DNA of 64,000 bases from Acidimicrobiaceae bacterium. Its GTDB lineage: Bacteria; Actinomycetota; Acidimicrobiia; Actinomarinales; Actinomarinaceae. The stretch is taken from assembly GCA_028404505.1 (NCBI GenBank), contig JAOOBM010000004.1:552-64551 (forward strand), in the 5' to 3' direction. The notes below the pieces were generated by a model. It made no database searches, was not told where the DNA came from, and saw only the letters and a list, made by a program, of their open reading frames with translations. Position numbers and translations under genes: made by a program. This document shows, one piece after another, positions 1 through 10,800 of the stretch (position 1 is the first letter of the stretch; each line of letters opens with the position of its first letter).

Positions 1-167
1 GAATGCCTGGATTTGCAGGAAAACTTACTGAAGATGAGATTTACGCGGTTGTGGTTTTTGAGAGAGTTGTATTTGGTGGGGGAAACACTGACGAAGTACT
101 CGAAGACTGTGGACTTCTAGAAACAGATGAGGAAATCACTACAGAAGCTATTGAGCCAACTGATTAA
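1..167 (+). CDS. c-type cytochrome, C-terminal fragment (5' end outside window)
   Basis: Frame 3 is open from the window edge to TAA at 165-167. It translates to MPGFAGKLTEDEIYAVVVFERVVFGGGNTDEVLEDCGLLETDEEITTEAIEPTD. The MPxF...ExxxxVV pattern resembles the axial-Met region plus C-terminal helix of class I cytochromes c. The heme CxxCH site would lie upstream and is not visible. Confidence 0.45.
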   Translation, partial: MPGFAGKLTEDEIYAVVVFERVVFGGGNTDEVLEDCGLLETDEEITTEAIEPTD

Positions 168-295
168 ATAATCACAAAAAATCAAGTTGATTGTTATAAG
201 ATTCAAACTATTATTTTTTTATGTTACCTGCAATATATATTCATATATTTTTAATCGCTTTTAGCATTGTTCTCTTTTACGTTGTTTTATAAATT

Positions 296-742
296 ATGGC
301 GAAAAAGAAACGAGAGAAAAAAGTTGTTGGCTGGAAAGAACAAGTTGCTTTACCTGATTTAAAAATAAAAAGTGTGATTGCAAAAATTGATACAGGTGCA
401 AATGTTGCAACAATTGATGCTGCTGATATAAAATTTGTTACAAGAAAAGATGTGAAATATGTAAAATTCACAGTTAAAAAAAGAAACAACACTGTAAGAA
501 AAACTTCCGCTCCCCTGGCAGGATTTAAGAGAATAAAAAGTTCCAATGGAGATGTTGAAAGAAGACCTTATATAAAAACTGATATCTTAATGGATGGAAT
601 TACCAAAAATATTGAATTGACTCTTACTGATAGAGGCCCCATGGATTACACAATGTTAATTGGAAGAAAAGCTTTAGGAAGAAGGTGGATGGTAAATCCA
701 TCAATTAGCTTTATGACAAAACCCAAAGGAAGTAAAAAATGA
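296..742 (+). CDS. RimK-associated retropepsin-like protease (ATP-dependent zinc protease family)
   Basis: 148-aa ORF with an aspartic-protease-like [14 protein letters not shown] motif and LIGRKAL near the C-terminus. Its stop overlaps the rimK start (ATGA at 739-742), the usual gene pairing for this family. Confidence 0.7.
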   Translation: MAKKKREKKVVGWKEQVALPDLKIKSVIAKIDTGANVATIDAADIKFVTRKDVKYVKFTVKKRNNTVRKTSAPLAGFKRIKSSNGDVERRPYIKTDILMDGITKNIELTLTDRGPMDYTMLIGRKALGRRWMVNPSISFMTKPKGSKK

Positions 743-1641
743 AGATAGGAATCTTATCACAAGACATAAGGCTATATTCAACAAAACGCCTTTACGATAC
801 AGCAATTAAGAGAGGTCATGATACTGAGGTTGTAAGTTATTTAAGATGTTACATGAACATTGCAAAAGCCAAACCGAGAATATTCTCTGCTGGTCGTGAA
901 CTAAATTATGATTCTGTAATACCAAGAATTGCTGCAACGTGGACATTTTATGGTGCGGCCGTTGTAAGACAGTTTGAATTAATGGGTTCTGTTTCAGCTA
1001 ACTCATCAGCAGGAATAAGTAGATCTAGAGATAAATTAAGAGCTTTACAGCTAATTGGAAATACAGGTGTAGAGATGCCAGTAACCGGTTATGTTCATTT
1101 TTCAAGAGACGTTGAGGCTGTTTTAAAAAGTGTAGGGAAACCACCCTTTGTAATTAAGTTACTTGAAGGAACTCAAGGAAGAGGTGTTGTCCTTACTGAA
1201 ACAATGGATGCTGCAATAAGTGTGATTGAAACTATGAAAAAAATTGATGCAAACATTCTTGTACAAGAGTTTATCAGTGAATCTAAAGGTGAAGACATAA
1301 GAGCAATAGTTGTCGGAGATAAAGTTGTCGCCTCGATGAAACGAATTGCAAAACCTGGAGAATTTAGATCAAATGTGCACTTAGGTGGAAGGGTTGAGAA
1401 TTATGAAATATCTCCAGAAGAGGAAGATAGTGCAGTAAAAGCGGCGAAGATTCTTAAACTAGACGTTGCAGGAGTTGATCTTATTCAATCAAACAGAGGT
1501 CCGTTGGTACTTGAAGTAAATTCCTCTCCAGGATTAGAAGGAATCGAAACTGCAACAAGTGTTGATGTTGCAGATGAGATTATTTCATTCTTAGAAGATA
1601 AAGTAGAAAATACAGACAAATCAAAGCCAATAGATATTTAG
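739..1641 (+). CDS. rimK: ribosomal protein S6 glutamate ligase RimK (ATP-grasp)
   Basis: 300 aa with ATP-grasp motifs: [87 protein letters not shown]. Confidence 0.85.
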   Translation: MKIGILSQDIRLYSTKRLYDTAIKRGHDTEVVSYLRCYMNIAKAKPRIFSAGRELNYDSVIPRIAATWTFYGAAVVRQFELMGSVSANSSAGISRSRDKLRALQLIGNTGVEMPVTGYVHFSRDVEAVLKSVGKPPFVIKLLEGTQGRGVVLTETMDAAISVIETMKKIDANILVQEFISESKGEDIRAIVVGDKVVASMKRIAKPGEFRSNVHLGGRVENYEISPEEEDSAVKAAKILKLDVAGVDLIQSNRGPLVLEVNSSPGLEGIETATSVDVADEIISFLEDKVENTDKSKPIDI

Positions 1642-1645
1642 TCTT

Positions 1646-1903
1646 TTAAATATCGATATGTAATAGGATCTTAAGAATATTGTATTTTAGAAAATTTTTC
1701 ACAATATTAAATTGACTTAAGATACCCTCATCTAAAACTTTTTTACCATATAAAACAACGGGTACTCTCAATAATAATTCTTCATAACCATCTTGAATAT
1801 CAACTTTTTCAATATTAAAAAGATTGTTTAAAAAGCCTAAGCTTTTTAAACCTTTATCACATAATTCACAATTTTCGGTAACGACAATACGTAAAGTAGG
1901 CAT
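1646..1903 (-). CDS. glutaredoxin-like / thioredoxin-fold small protein
   Basis: 85 aa with an N-terminal beta strand followed by CELC (CxxC) and a later VPVV motif, typical of small glutaredoxin-like proteins. Convergent with rimK, 4 nt apart. Confidence 0.45.
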   Translation of the reverse strand: MPTLRIVVTENCELCDKGLKSLGFLNNLFNIEKVDIQDGYEELLLRVPVVLYGKKVLDEGILSQFNIVKNFLKYNILKILLHIDI

Positions 1904-1996
1904 ATCTCTAATATAGTCAAATGAGACCTTGGACTTTAATATTTATCGTTTTATTGGCTGTAATTATTTTTGTTTCAGGTGCAATTGTTTTGAATA

Positions 1997-2800
1997 TTAT
2001 TTCTTAATATCTATTTTTTCACCATCGACTACACCTATTATTTCTGAAGCGTTGTTGTTTTTAGCAAAGATTGAAATCATACCCCACGAGTCAGTAATCA
2101 AACCAACTTGGTTTACACCATCATTTTGATAGGTTTGAGACCAAGTCATTTTAATTTCCTGATTTTGTATGTTTACGCTTAAAACATCTCCAATATTTTT
2201 TCCAAGATCATTAAGTTCATCCGGTGAAATGTTAGTTTGACAGTTACCGTAATGATCTATCCACAAGATTTCACCCTTTACCTCATCATCCTTTTTTTCT
2301 GTTAATGGAATCAAATATTGTTGAAGATTCATCAAATCAACTTCCTCTCCACAATCTTTGATATCAAGCTGACCTGACGCTATACCTGCAGCAAAAGGAG
2401 AGAATATATCTCTAGCATGAAAAGTATTCCCATCACTAGGGATAATCCAATTTTCATTTTCAAGGAGATATGCTTTTTTGGCTCCACCTACAGTTGCACA
2501 TGCAAGATTTAATAATCCATTATCAGGTCCAATCATCACTCCCCAATCAGTTTCTATAGCAACAGGTTTTCTTTCTGTTCCTACACCTGGATCAACAACT
2601 GCTAGGAGAACACCTTGTGGAATATATTGAATAGCCCTCATGAGTAAGAGACTTCCATATTTGATATTTTGTGGTGGAATCCCATGAGAAATATCATTGA
2701 CTTTGATATTGGGGTCGATTCTACTAATTACACCTTTAACAATGCCAACTGAACCGTCTGAAATTCCAAAATCTGATGCAAATGATATTATCTTTGTCAT
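1997..2800 (-). CDS. SAM hydrolase / SAM-dependent halogenase family protein (former DUF62)
   Basis: 267 aa. N-terminal ISFASDFGISDGSVGIVKGVI and VVDPGVGTERKPVAIE match the conserved S-adenosyl-L-methionine hydroxide adenosyltransferase family motifs. Confidence 0.75.
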   Translation of the reverse strand: MTKIISFASDFGISDGSVGIVKGVISRIDPNIKVNDISHGIPPQNIKYGSLLLMRAIQYIPQGVLLAVVDPGVGTERKPVAIETDWGVMIGPDNGLLNLACATVGGAKKAYLLENENWIIPSDGNTFHARDIFSPFAAGIASGQLDIKDCGEEVDLMNLQQYLIPLTEKKDDEVKGEILWIDHYGNCQTNISPDELNDLGKNIGDVLSVNIQNQEIKMTWSQTYQNDGVNQVGLITDSWGMISIFAKNNNASEIIGVVDGEKIDIKK

Positions 2801-2851
2801 TAGACTAAGTATAAAAGTACTTGAAATCTTAATTAAATAAAAAGGGACAAG

Positions 2852-3793
2852 ATGAGAAAAATAATAATCGGAGTTTTATTTTTTGTAGTTATTGTATATT
2901 TTGGAATTGGTTTTTATGTTTATGGAGAATCAGTAGCTGTCCCCTGTTCAATTGTAGAATCTGAAAAGGATAATAGACCTGATAACTTCTCACTTGGAGA
3001 AAAAGCAGATTGGGATCCATCAAAATATTTTGTTCAAGATTATGAGACTGTTCTAATTAATACAAATGATGGTGTTGTTTTAAGTGGTTGGTGGATGGAA
3101 ACAGATAAAAACGCTCCAACAGTAATAGGTTTGCATGGTGTTACAAGTGGTAAGCATTCACCTGATGTTTTACTAGTAGGAGGCATGCTTGTTAGTGAAG
3201 GATTCAACTATTTAACATTTGACTTCAGAGATCATGGTGAAAGTACCTGTGAAGATGGTGTTCATTCTGCAGGACAAAAAGAAATTAATGATGTAAAGGC
3301 TGCAGTAGATTGGCTAATAAATGAAAAAAATATACCGTCTGACAAAATTGGTTTACACGGTTCATCCTTTGGTGCGATGGTTGCTTTGATGGCTCAATAC
3401 GCAAGCGATGATATAAATGCTCTTTCAATTGTTGATACACCATTCGATTTTGCAACTCTTGTTAGAGAAGAATTAATTTATCAAGGTTTTCCTCCATTTT
3501 TATATGAACCAGTAAATCATTATGCATTGCTTTTTGAAGGAATAGATATAACTGAAGTTAGCCCTGAAGATGGGGTTTCCAAAGGAAAAAATCCAATGAT
3601 TATTTTTAATGGAGTAAAAAGTGATAGAGTACTCTCACACCATACTGATGATTTGATTAATGCAGGAAACCAATACAATATTGAAATGTTAGTTAATAGA
3701 TATCCTGAACTCTCTCACACAGAAGTTATGTTTATGTATCCAGATGAATTCTTGAACAAAATAGTCCCATTTTTTAAAGAGAAATTAAATTGA
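2852..3793 (+). CDS. membrane-anchored alpha/beta hydrolase
   Basis: 313 aa with an N-terminal TM helix (IIIGVLFFVVIVYFGIGFYVY), nucleophile elbow GLHGSSFGA and HG oxyanion region (VIGLHGV). Confidence 0.6.
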   Translation: MRKIIIGVLFFVVIVYFGIGFYVYGESVAVPCSIVESEKDNRPDNFSLGEKADWDPSKYFVQDYETVLINTNDGVVLSGWWMETDKNAPTVIGLHGVTSGKHSPDVLLVGGMLVSEGFNYLTFDFRDHGESTCEDGVHSAGQKEINDVKAAVDWLINEKNIPSDKIGLHGSSFGAMVALMAQYASDDINALSIVDTPFDFATLVREELIYQGFPPFLYEPVNHYALLFEGIDITEVSPEDGVSKGKNPMIIFNGVKSDRVLSHHTDDLINAGNQYNIEMLVNRYPELSHTEVMFMYPDEFLNKIVPFFKEKLN

Positions 3794-5010
3794 TTAAAAA
3801 AATACTTATTGGGATAGGAGTATTGTTAATAGCTGTTCTTGTTGGTGCAGGCTGGTATTTTTCAGGATTGATTTACGAGATTGGATTTAATGTAAACAAT
3901 AGGGATAATCTAAATGCTGGTACTTCTGAAGATATAATATTTGTCGAAGAGATAAAAGAAGATAGTGTTGTTTTAAATGTTCAAAATGAAAGATGGGGAC
4001 CGTTATTAGAAAATGGTATATATGGTGTTATTGGAGATAATGGCTTCATAATCGTAAATGACATTATCAGCTCAAATGATGGAATTGTTGAAAGAAAAAT
4101 AGAGTATAAAGAGGGTTTAATTGAAAATGGGGAAGGTGTAAGTTATTCCCTTTCTTTGTATGAAAGAGCAGATGGTAACTTTGTTCCTGTAGGAATAACG
4201 GAGACCTCTGGACAAGTCAGTGAAGGTGTATTTACGCCAATGTCTGTATCCCAAATGGAATATGATGAAGTATTTTACGATTCAGATTTCAGTACTTACC
4301 CAGCATATATAACTGGTGAAGGTGATGAGGGGTGGGTAATTTTTATACATGGCTTTAGAGGTGATCACAGAAGACAAACTTTTGCCTTATTAAGAGCAAA
4401 AGAATTGGATGAGATAGGTTGGAAATCAATGATAATTGCGTACAGGAATGGAGATGGCATGAAGCAAGATCCATCTGGTATGTACCTTTACGGAGCTACT
4501 GAATGGGTAGATCTTGACGGAGCAATAGATTATGCAATAAAAAATGGAGCAAAGAAAGTTGTATTATTTGGTATCAGTGGTGGTGGTGGACCTGAAGCAA
4601 GTTGGATAATGAATACAAATGAACCAGAAAAAGTAGATGGGTTCATATATGAGGCTCCTACATTTAATTTTATTGAAAGCGTTAAAGTGAACGGCCAAGC
4701 AAGATTTCCCTGGCTTCCAGTAAGTTTATTTGATTACTTCATATGGCTCTCAGAAATAAGATTTGGAATAGATTTTGATTCTATGGATTATAGAGAAGCG
4801 GTTATAAACGATGATACTCCTATGCTTTTATTTCATGGAGATGATGACGAGTGGATACCAGTATCTTTATCAGATTATATTGCCGAGAAAAGGACAACAA
4901 ATATCCAATACTTAAGATACGAAAATGTTGGTCATGTTCAAGCTTGGAATGCTGATCCAATATTATATGAAAAAACTTTAAAAGACTTTTTAGAATCAAT
5001 CAGTGACTAA
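3790..5010 (+). CDS. membrane-anchored alpha/beta hydrolase (S9/dienelactone-hydrolase-like)
   Basis: 406 aa with a TTG start overlapping the previous stop (TTGA at 3790-3793). N-terminal TM helix, FIHGFRG, nucleophile elbow LFGISGGGG, LLFHGDDDEWIP and GH near the C-terminus. Confidence 0.6.
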   Translation: MIKKILIGIGVLLIAVLVGAGWYFSGLIYEIGFNVNNRDNLNAGTSEDIIFVEEIKEDSVVLNVQNERWGPLLENGIYGVIGDNGFIIVNDIISSNDGIVERKIEYKEGLIENGEGVSYSLSLYERADGNFVPVGITETSGQVSEGVFTPMSVSQMEYDEVFYDSDFSTYPAYITGEGDEGWVIFIHGFRGDHRRQTFALLRAKELDEIGWKSMIIAYRNGDGMKQDPSGMYLYGATEWVDLDGAIDYAIKNGAKKVVLFGISGGGGPEASWIMNTNEPEKVDGFIYEAPTFNFIESVKVNGQARFPWLPVSLFDYFIWLSEIRFGIDFDSMDYREAVINDDTPMLLFHGDDDEWIPVSLSDYIAEKRTTNIQYLRYENVGHVQAWNADPILYEKTLKDFLESISD

Positions 5011-6135
5011 TTCTTTATAAATATTTTCAATCATCTGAGAGGTATTTTCCCAATCATATTTTTTTGACTTTTCAATGCATGTTAAAGAAACCTCTTCAAA
5101 TTTTTTGTCTTCATTAAGTAAATTACTTACAAAATTGTTTACATCTTTATCTATTAAATTCTCTGATAAATACCCATTCTTATTGTTTTCAATAATTTCC
5201 ATTAATGATCCATTGTTTATGGTAAGTACAGGCACTCCCATAGTGTTAGCCTCGATCGCAACAAGTCCAAAAGTTTCAAATTGCGAAGTATGAATTAATA
5301 ATTTTGATTTATTAAGTAGTTCAATAATTTTAGTTTGTGGAAGGTTATCCAAAAACTCAACATGTTTCTCTAAATTAAAATCTTTAACAGTTCGTTTTAG
5401 CTCCAGTAAATATTCTTCTCCATACTTACCACTGGGACCCCCAATAAAAATACATTTGAAATCATTTTTAATTTTTCTAAAATTATTTAAAAATTCTAAT
5501 GTTTGAAGTTGTCCTTTCTGTTCTTGTATTCTGCCAATTGATAAAAAAATATTTTCTTTTTTAACGGACGGGTTTGGAGAAAAAATTTCTTTATCCACTC
5601 CTGGAGTAATTTTTTTAATTTTATTTTCTCCAACTTTGTATGTATCAACAATCAACATATTTTCAAATTCTGAAGAAGCAGTAATTATGTTAGCTGAGGT
5701 CATTACAATTTTTTCACAATCAACTCTTTCTTTGTTATAACCATCTAGAAAAACCCCTAAACTATGTGATGTAAAAACAAATGGTATGTCGAATTCATTT
5801 GATATCTCTTTTGCAATAAGACCTGACAACCAATAGTGTGCATGAATTACGTCAAAACTTTTTAGGTCTAAAGATTCTTCAAGCTTGTTTTTAAATTCTT
5901 GTAAGTACACTTCTTTATCTTCGACATTAAGATTGGATTCAAAAATGTTCAATGAAATAAATTCAAGATTGTTATCTTTAAAGCTTTCTGCTTTTTCACC
6001 TGTTACAACAGTTACATTGTGATTATCTGATAAATGTCTTGAAATTTGTTGAACATAAATACTCATACCTCCGCCATCATTCTTTCCTACTTCATTAAAA
6101 GGAGAGGTGTGAAATGCAAGCTGAAGAATATTCAT
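4996..6135 (-). CDS. GT4-family (GT-B) glycosyltransferase, MshA-like N-terminus
   Basis: 379 aa with IGRIQEQKG and ETFGLVAIEANTMGVPVL...NGYL (E-x7-E region). The N-terminal GGGMSIYVQQISRHL resembles the GGMNVYV motif of MshA/sucrose-phosphate-synthase-type GT4 enzymes. Confidence 0.75.
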   Translation of the reverse strand: MNILQLAFHTSPFNEVGKNDGGGMSIYVQQISRHLSDNHNVTVVTGEKAESFKDNNLEFISLNIFESNLNVEDKEVYLQEFKNKLEESLDLKSFDVIHAHYWLSGLIAKEISNEFDIPFVFTSHSLGVFLDGYNKERVDCEKIVMTSANIITASSEFENMLIVDTYKVGENKIKKITPGVDKEIFSPNPSVKKENIFLSIGRIQEQKGQLQTLEFLNNFRKIKNDFKCIFIGGPSGKYGEEYLLELKRTVKDFNLEKHVEFLDNLPQTKIIELLNKSKLLIHTSQFETFGLVAIEANTMGVPVLTINNGSLMEIIENNKNGYLSENLIDKDVNNFVSNLLNEDKKFEEVSLTCIEKSKKYDWENTSQMIENIYKELVTD

Positions 6136-6953
6136 ACTTTAATTTTTAGATCATATAATTGATGTACTTGACCGCCAAAATTAAATTTATATTTTTCCTC
6201 ACCCTTTAAATAATCAAAATATCTTTTTTTATTATTTATACTGTTTTGCAATAACTGATCATTTAAATAAGTCCCCGTATTAAATTCTTCTAAAGAATGA
6301 TCTCTGCATGAGTTATAAAGATAATCTACGATTTCTGACTCGTATACAAAAGCTGAGGAAATCATAGAATCTTTATAGTTAATATAATATATATACCAAT
6401 TTTCTTGTTCGATTAGTGATCTATAGAAATCCTCAACTGTTTCAGTCATATACTTCCCTTTTGCACCTGTGGACTTCTTGTGTAATCTGACAAATTCATC
6501 AAAAATATCACTATTTTTGCTTTTTTCAAAAGAGATATCTACAAATTTATCATTAAATATTCTTTTCTTTCTCTTTAGCTCATGTCTATTTTTTTTAGAT
6601 AGAGCACTTAGGTATATTTCATAACTTTCAGGAAGCTCAAGGTATACAGATATATCACTTTTGACAATTTCAATAGAATTAAAAGTGTTTTGGTTTAAGA
6701 ATTCAGAAATCTGAAAGTAACTAAGAGAATCAAATTGAAAGTATTTTATTTTCAAGTCCTTGATTTGGTCTTCAGAAAAGTACGGTGTAATTCGATAGTC
6801 AGTAAAATCTCTATCAATTTGAAATTCAAGAGTGTTTGACTCCAACTTGTAGTAATCAAAAATAGCTTCTGATTTTGAATTGTTTAATTTTGCACCAGAT
6901 TGTGTGAACCTGATGTCAATAAATGGAGAGTTTGCTACTAAGTCTTTAACCAC
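6132..6953 (-). CDS. CelD/BioF2-like (FemAB-type GNAT) acyltransferase
   Basis: 273 aa. The C-terminal FDYLKGEEKYKFNFGG matches the characteristic (D)(F/Y)L(R/K)G.E.YK..(W/F)G ending of CelD-like acetyltransferase domains. Its stop overlaps the start of the GT4 gene 4996..6135 that follows it on the minus strand (operon with that GT4). Confidence 0.45.
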   Translation of the reverse strand: MVKDLVANSPFIDIRFTQSGAKLNNSKSEAIFDYYKLESNTLEFQIDRDFTDYRITPYFSEDQIKDLKIKYFQFDSLSYFQISEFLNQNTFNSIEIVKSDISVYLELPESYEIYLSALSKKNRHELKRKKRIFNDKFVDISFEKSKNSDIFDEFVRLHKKSTGAKGKYMTETVEDFYRSLIEQENWYIYYINYKDSMISSAFVYESEIVDYLYNSCRDHSLEEFNTGTYLNDQLLQNSINNKKRYFDYLKGEEKYKFNFGGQVHQLYDLKIKV

Positions 6954-6958
6954 AGATT

Positions 6959-7702
6959 CTAGAATAATCCATTAATGAGATTTAATACATCAACAAAATA
7001 CAAAGCAAATAAGAAAGAAACTAAATAATCAAAAAGATAGATTTGGGTCGTTAGTGTTGAAAAATATTTATATTCTCTTCTATTTCTCTGAAAGAGAAAA
7101 TTCATAATCACTGTAAAAATTGATATTAATCCTGCAGCAATCAAAACGTATTGAATGGTAAAGCCAGAGAACAAACTGACTGTTGAAACAACAAAAAAAG
7201 ACGCGAAAAAATTAAAGAAATATTGATAATTACTAAATTGTATATTGAAAAAAGTTGCTAAAGTTTTTATGAAAAATAGTATAAGAAACAAAAATGTTAG
7301 ATAATCTAAATTTTCACTAAATGTTTTTGAAACAAAAAAAGAAACTAGAAAAAAAGAAATAAATGTCACTAAATAAGCATTTCCGAATGTAGAAATACTT
7401 ATATCTTTAAAAGTAAGATAAAAAATACCTATCAGTATCGAAATCAAAAAGATCATATTCTTTATTTCGCTGATTTCAAAAAATATTGTCATAACTGGTG
7501 AAAAAGAGGTTATGAGTAATAGAAGAATTAGTATAAATTCATTACTGGTTGTCCGTAATTCACATGCAAGTAGCTCTAATTGCCAAGCTAATATTAATCC
7601 AACAAAACAAGAGATAATTAAATTTTCGTTGTTTAAAAAAATTGTTATAAAAATTCCAAAAGTAAGAACTGTCTGGATGTATCTAAGTTGGGTTTGTAAC
7701 AT
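6959..7702 (-). CDS. polytopic membrane protein, function unknown
   Basis: 247 aa, about 7 hydrophobic segments rich in F/I/L, no recognisable catalytic motif. First gene of the minus-strand operon 7702->4996. Confidence 0.5.
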   Translation of the reverse strand: MLQTQLRYIQTVLTFGIFITIFLNNENLIISCFVGLILAWQLELLACELRTTSNEFILILLLLITSFSPVMTIFFEISEIKNMIFLISILIGIFYLTFKDISISTFGNAYLVTFISFFLVSFFVSKTFSENLDYLTFLFLILFFIKTLATFFNIQFSNYQYFFNFFASFFVVSTVSLFSGFTIQYVLIAAGLISIFTVIMNFLFQRNRREYKYFSTLTTQIYLFDYLVSFLFALYFVDVLNLINGLF

Positions 7703-7766
7703 TATCCTCGCGAAAATTTTACCTAGATATGCTTGAAAACTAAAGCGATTTGTATATAATTAAAAA

Positions 7767-7813
7767 ACACTACATTTAGTGTCAAAAACAGTGGCATATA
7801 CTACATTTAGTTA
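7767..7813 (+). promoter_or_regulatory. two tandem NrdR boxes upstream of nrdJ
   Basis: Box 1 is ACACTACATTTAGTGT (7767-7782, inverted-repeat arms ACACTA/TAGTGT). Box 2 is ATACTACATTTAGTTA (7798-7813). The start-to-start spacing is 31 bp. Both fit the 16-bp NrdR-box palindrome (roughly acaCwAtATaTwGtgt), which typically occurs as two boxes about 3 helical turns apart. AAGGAG RBS at 7818-7823. Confidence 0.65.
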
Positions 7814-7828
7814 TAAAAAGGAGATATT

Positions 7829-10800
7829 GTGGCAAAAAATACAGGGCTCAAGATAAATAGGAAATATACCTCACCTGGTGATCCTTACAAAGATATAGTT
7901 TGGGAAAAGAGAAGTTCGAAGATAACAAACCCAGATGGTTCAGTAGTTTTCGAAATGAATGATGTTGAGATCCCTTCAACCTGGTCTCAAGTAGCAACTG
8001 ACATAATGGTTTCAAAATATTTTAGAAAAGCTGGTGTCCCTCAGACAGATGAAAACGGAAATGAACTCAAAGATGACAATGGTGATGTTGTTCTAGGTCC
8101 TGAAACATCATCAAAGCAGGTATTCAACCGACTTGCAGAGACATGGCGACACTGGGGTGAAGAGACTGGATATTTTGCATCAACAGAAGACGCTCAGGCT
8201 TTTGAAGATGAATTAAAGTATATGCTTGCAACCCAGATGGCAGCTCCAAACAGTCCACAATGGTTTAACACAGGTTTAAATTACAAATATGGATTAACTG
8301 GGAAACCACAAGGATTTTGGTATGTTGATCCAAGTACAGGTGAATTAACGCCAGGACAAGACTCTTACTCTAGACCACAACCTCACGCTTGTTTCATTCA
8401 ATCTATTGATGATGATCTTGTCAACGAAGGTGGAATTATGGACCTTTGGGTAAAAGAAGCAAGATTATTTAAGTTTGGATCTGGAACAGGTACAAACTTT
8501 TCAAACCTGAGAGGTGAGGGAGAAAAACTTTCTGGTGGGGGTGTCTCCTCAGGTGTTATGTCATTTCTAAAAATTGGTGATAGAGCTGCAGGTGCAATCA
8601 AATCAGGTGGAACAACAAGAAGAGCTGCAAAAATGGTTATTCTTGATCTTGACCATCCAGATATTGAAGACTTTATTGAGTGGAAAGCAATTGAAGAAGA
8701 TAAGGCAAGAGCATTAATCAATGCTGGCTATCCATCAGACTATAACGGCGAAGCATACGCTACTGTGTCTGGTCAAAACTCAAATAACTCTGTAAGAGTA
8801 CCAAATGAATTTATAAAAGCACTCGAGACAGATGGAGATTGGGAACTAACAGCGAGAACTGATGGTTCAACAATGAAAACTGTAAAAGCAAGAGAATTAT
8901 GGAACAAAATTGCAGATGCTGCTTGGAGATGTGCAGACCCTGGTGTTCAATTCAACACAACCATTAATGAGTGGCACACTTCCCCAGCAGGTGGACAAAT
9001 TAGAGCATCAAATCCATGCTCTGAATACTTATTTTTAGATAACACTGCCTGTAATCTAGCAAGTTTGAACTTAGTTAAGTTTTATGATGATGATAACCAG
9101 GTATTTGATGTCGCATCATACAAGCATGCACTAAGAATCTGGACTGTAGTCCTTGAAATATCAGTTGAAATGGCCCAGTTCCCTTCAAAAGAAATTGCTC
9201 AGGGATCTTATGACTACAGAACACTTGGTTTGGGATATGCGAACCTTGGATCTCTTTTGATGAGAAAAGGTATTGCGTATGACTCAGAATTAGGTAGAGC
9301 TATTGCAGGTGCTTTGACAGCAATGTTAACTGGTGAGGCATATAAAGCCTCAGCAGAAATGGCAAGCATAGTGGGACCGTTTCCAAAATATTCAGAAAAC
9401 AAAGACAATATGCTTCGTGTTATGGGCAACCACAGAAAAGCAGCTTATGATTCTGGTGATTATGTTGGAATCAGTCATGATTTATTACCAATAGATCAAG
9501 ACTTGTGTCCTGATGATTTACTAAAAGGTGCACAGGAGTCATGGGATGGTGCCCTTGAACTTGGTGAGAAACATGGATATAGAAATGCGCAAGCTACCGT
9601 ACTAGCTCCAACCGGAACAATTGGCTTGCTCATGGATTGTGATACCACAGGTGTAGAACCAGACTTTGCTTTAATGAAATTTAAGAAATTAGCTGGTGGT
9701 GGTTATATGAAGATAGCAAACCAGTCAATTGGTCCAGCATTAAACGCACTCGGTTACAATAATCAACAAACTGAGGAAATAATTCAATATGTCATCGGAT
9801 CAATGTCACTAGATGGTGCTCCATTTGTTAATAAAGAAACACTAAAAGATAAAGGCTTGAATGATCAAGATATTGAAAATATTGAAAATTCATTACCTGG
9901 TGCATTTGAAATACAACATGCATTTAATGTCTTTGTTGTTGGTGAAGAAACAATGCAAAGGTTAGATATCCAAGAAGAAGAATATACATCTTTTGATTTC
10001 AATCTTTTAGAAAAATTAGGATTTACAAAGACTGAAATAGCAGAAGCAAACAAATTTATTTGTGGAACTCAAACAATCGAGGGAGCTCCCCATCTAAAAG
10101 ATGAGAATCTTAGCGTCTTTGATTGTGCTAACAAATGTGGAAAAGATGGTAAGAGATTTATTCACTACATGGGTCATGTAAGAATGATGGCAGCAGCACA
10201 ACCGTTTATTTCTGGTGCTATTTCAAAAACTGTTAATATGCCCAATGAAGCGACAATACAAGACATAGAAAACTGCTATTTCGAATCTGCAGGTCTAGGT
10301 ATTAAAGCAATAGCAATTTACAGAGATGGATCAAAAGCATCTCAACCATTGTCAGCATCCTCAGATGACGGTGAATCAGATGAAACTGATCCACAAGTCT
10401 CAGAAATCATTGAAAGCGAATCAATGTTAATGCATGGAAATTATCCTGCTGGAACAAGTCCAACAAAAGCCTATGCTGGAACAACAAGACCAAGGTTTTT
10501 ATTACCTGAAAGAAGAGAGGGGTGGACTCAAGAAGCAAAAATTGCAGGTCATAAAGTATATCTTAGAACTGGAGAATATCCTGACGGAACACTTGGTGAA
10601 GTTTTCATCGATATCGCAAAAGAGGGCGCAACACTCAAGGGTGTCCTTGGATGTTTTGCCATTGCTGTTTCTAAAGGTCTTCAATATGGTGTTCCTCTTG
10701 AAGAGTTTGTAGATACTTTTACTTTTCAAACATTTGAACCACGAGGAATGGTTGAAGGACATGAAAATATTAAAATGAGCAACTCAATTGTTGATTATGT

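Noticed and set aside
1921-2129. Plus-strand ORFs between two minus-strand genes: the track ORF 1929..2129 (66 aa) and a 28-aa hydrophobic mini-ORF I read at 1921..2007 (MRPWTLIFIVLLAVIIFVSGAIVLNIIS).
   Set aside because: The 66-aa ORF mostly overlaps the 3' end of the SAM-hydrolase-family gene on the opposite strand and has no motifs. The 28-aa ORF looks like a plausible single-TM peptide but has no RBS or evident promoter, and hydrophobic mini-ORFs arise easily from T-rich sequence. It is not reported as a gene without conservation evidence.
7703-7828. Possible cobalamin riboswitch or other structured leader upstream of the B12-dependent nrdJ.
   Set aside because: The 126-bp gap is too short and AT-rich for a cobalamin riboswitch and shows no conserved B12-box-like element. 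It is fully accounted for by the two NrdR boxes plus the RBS.
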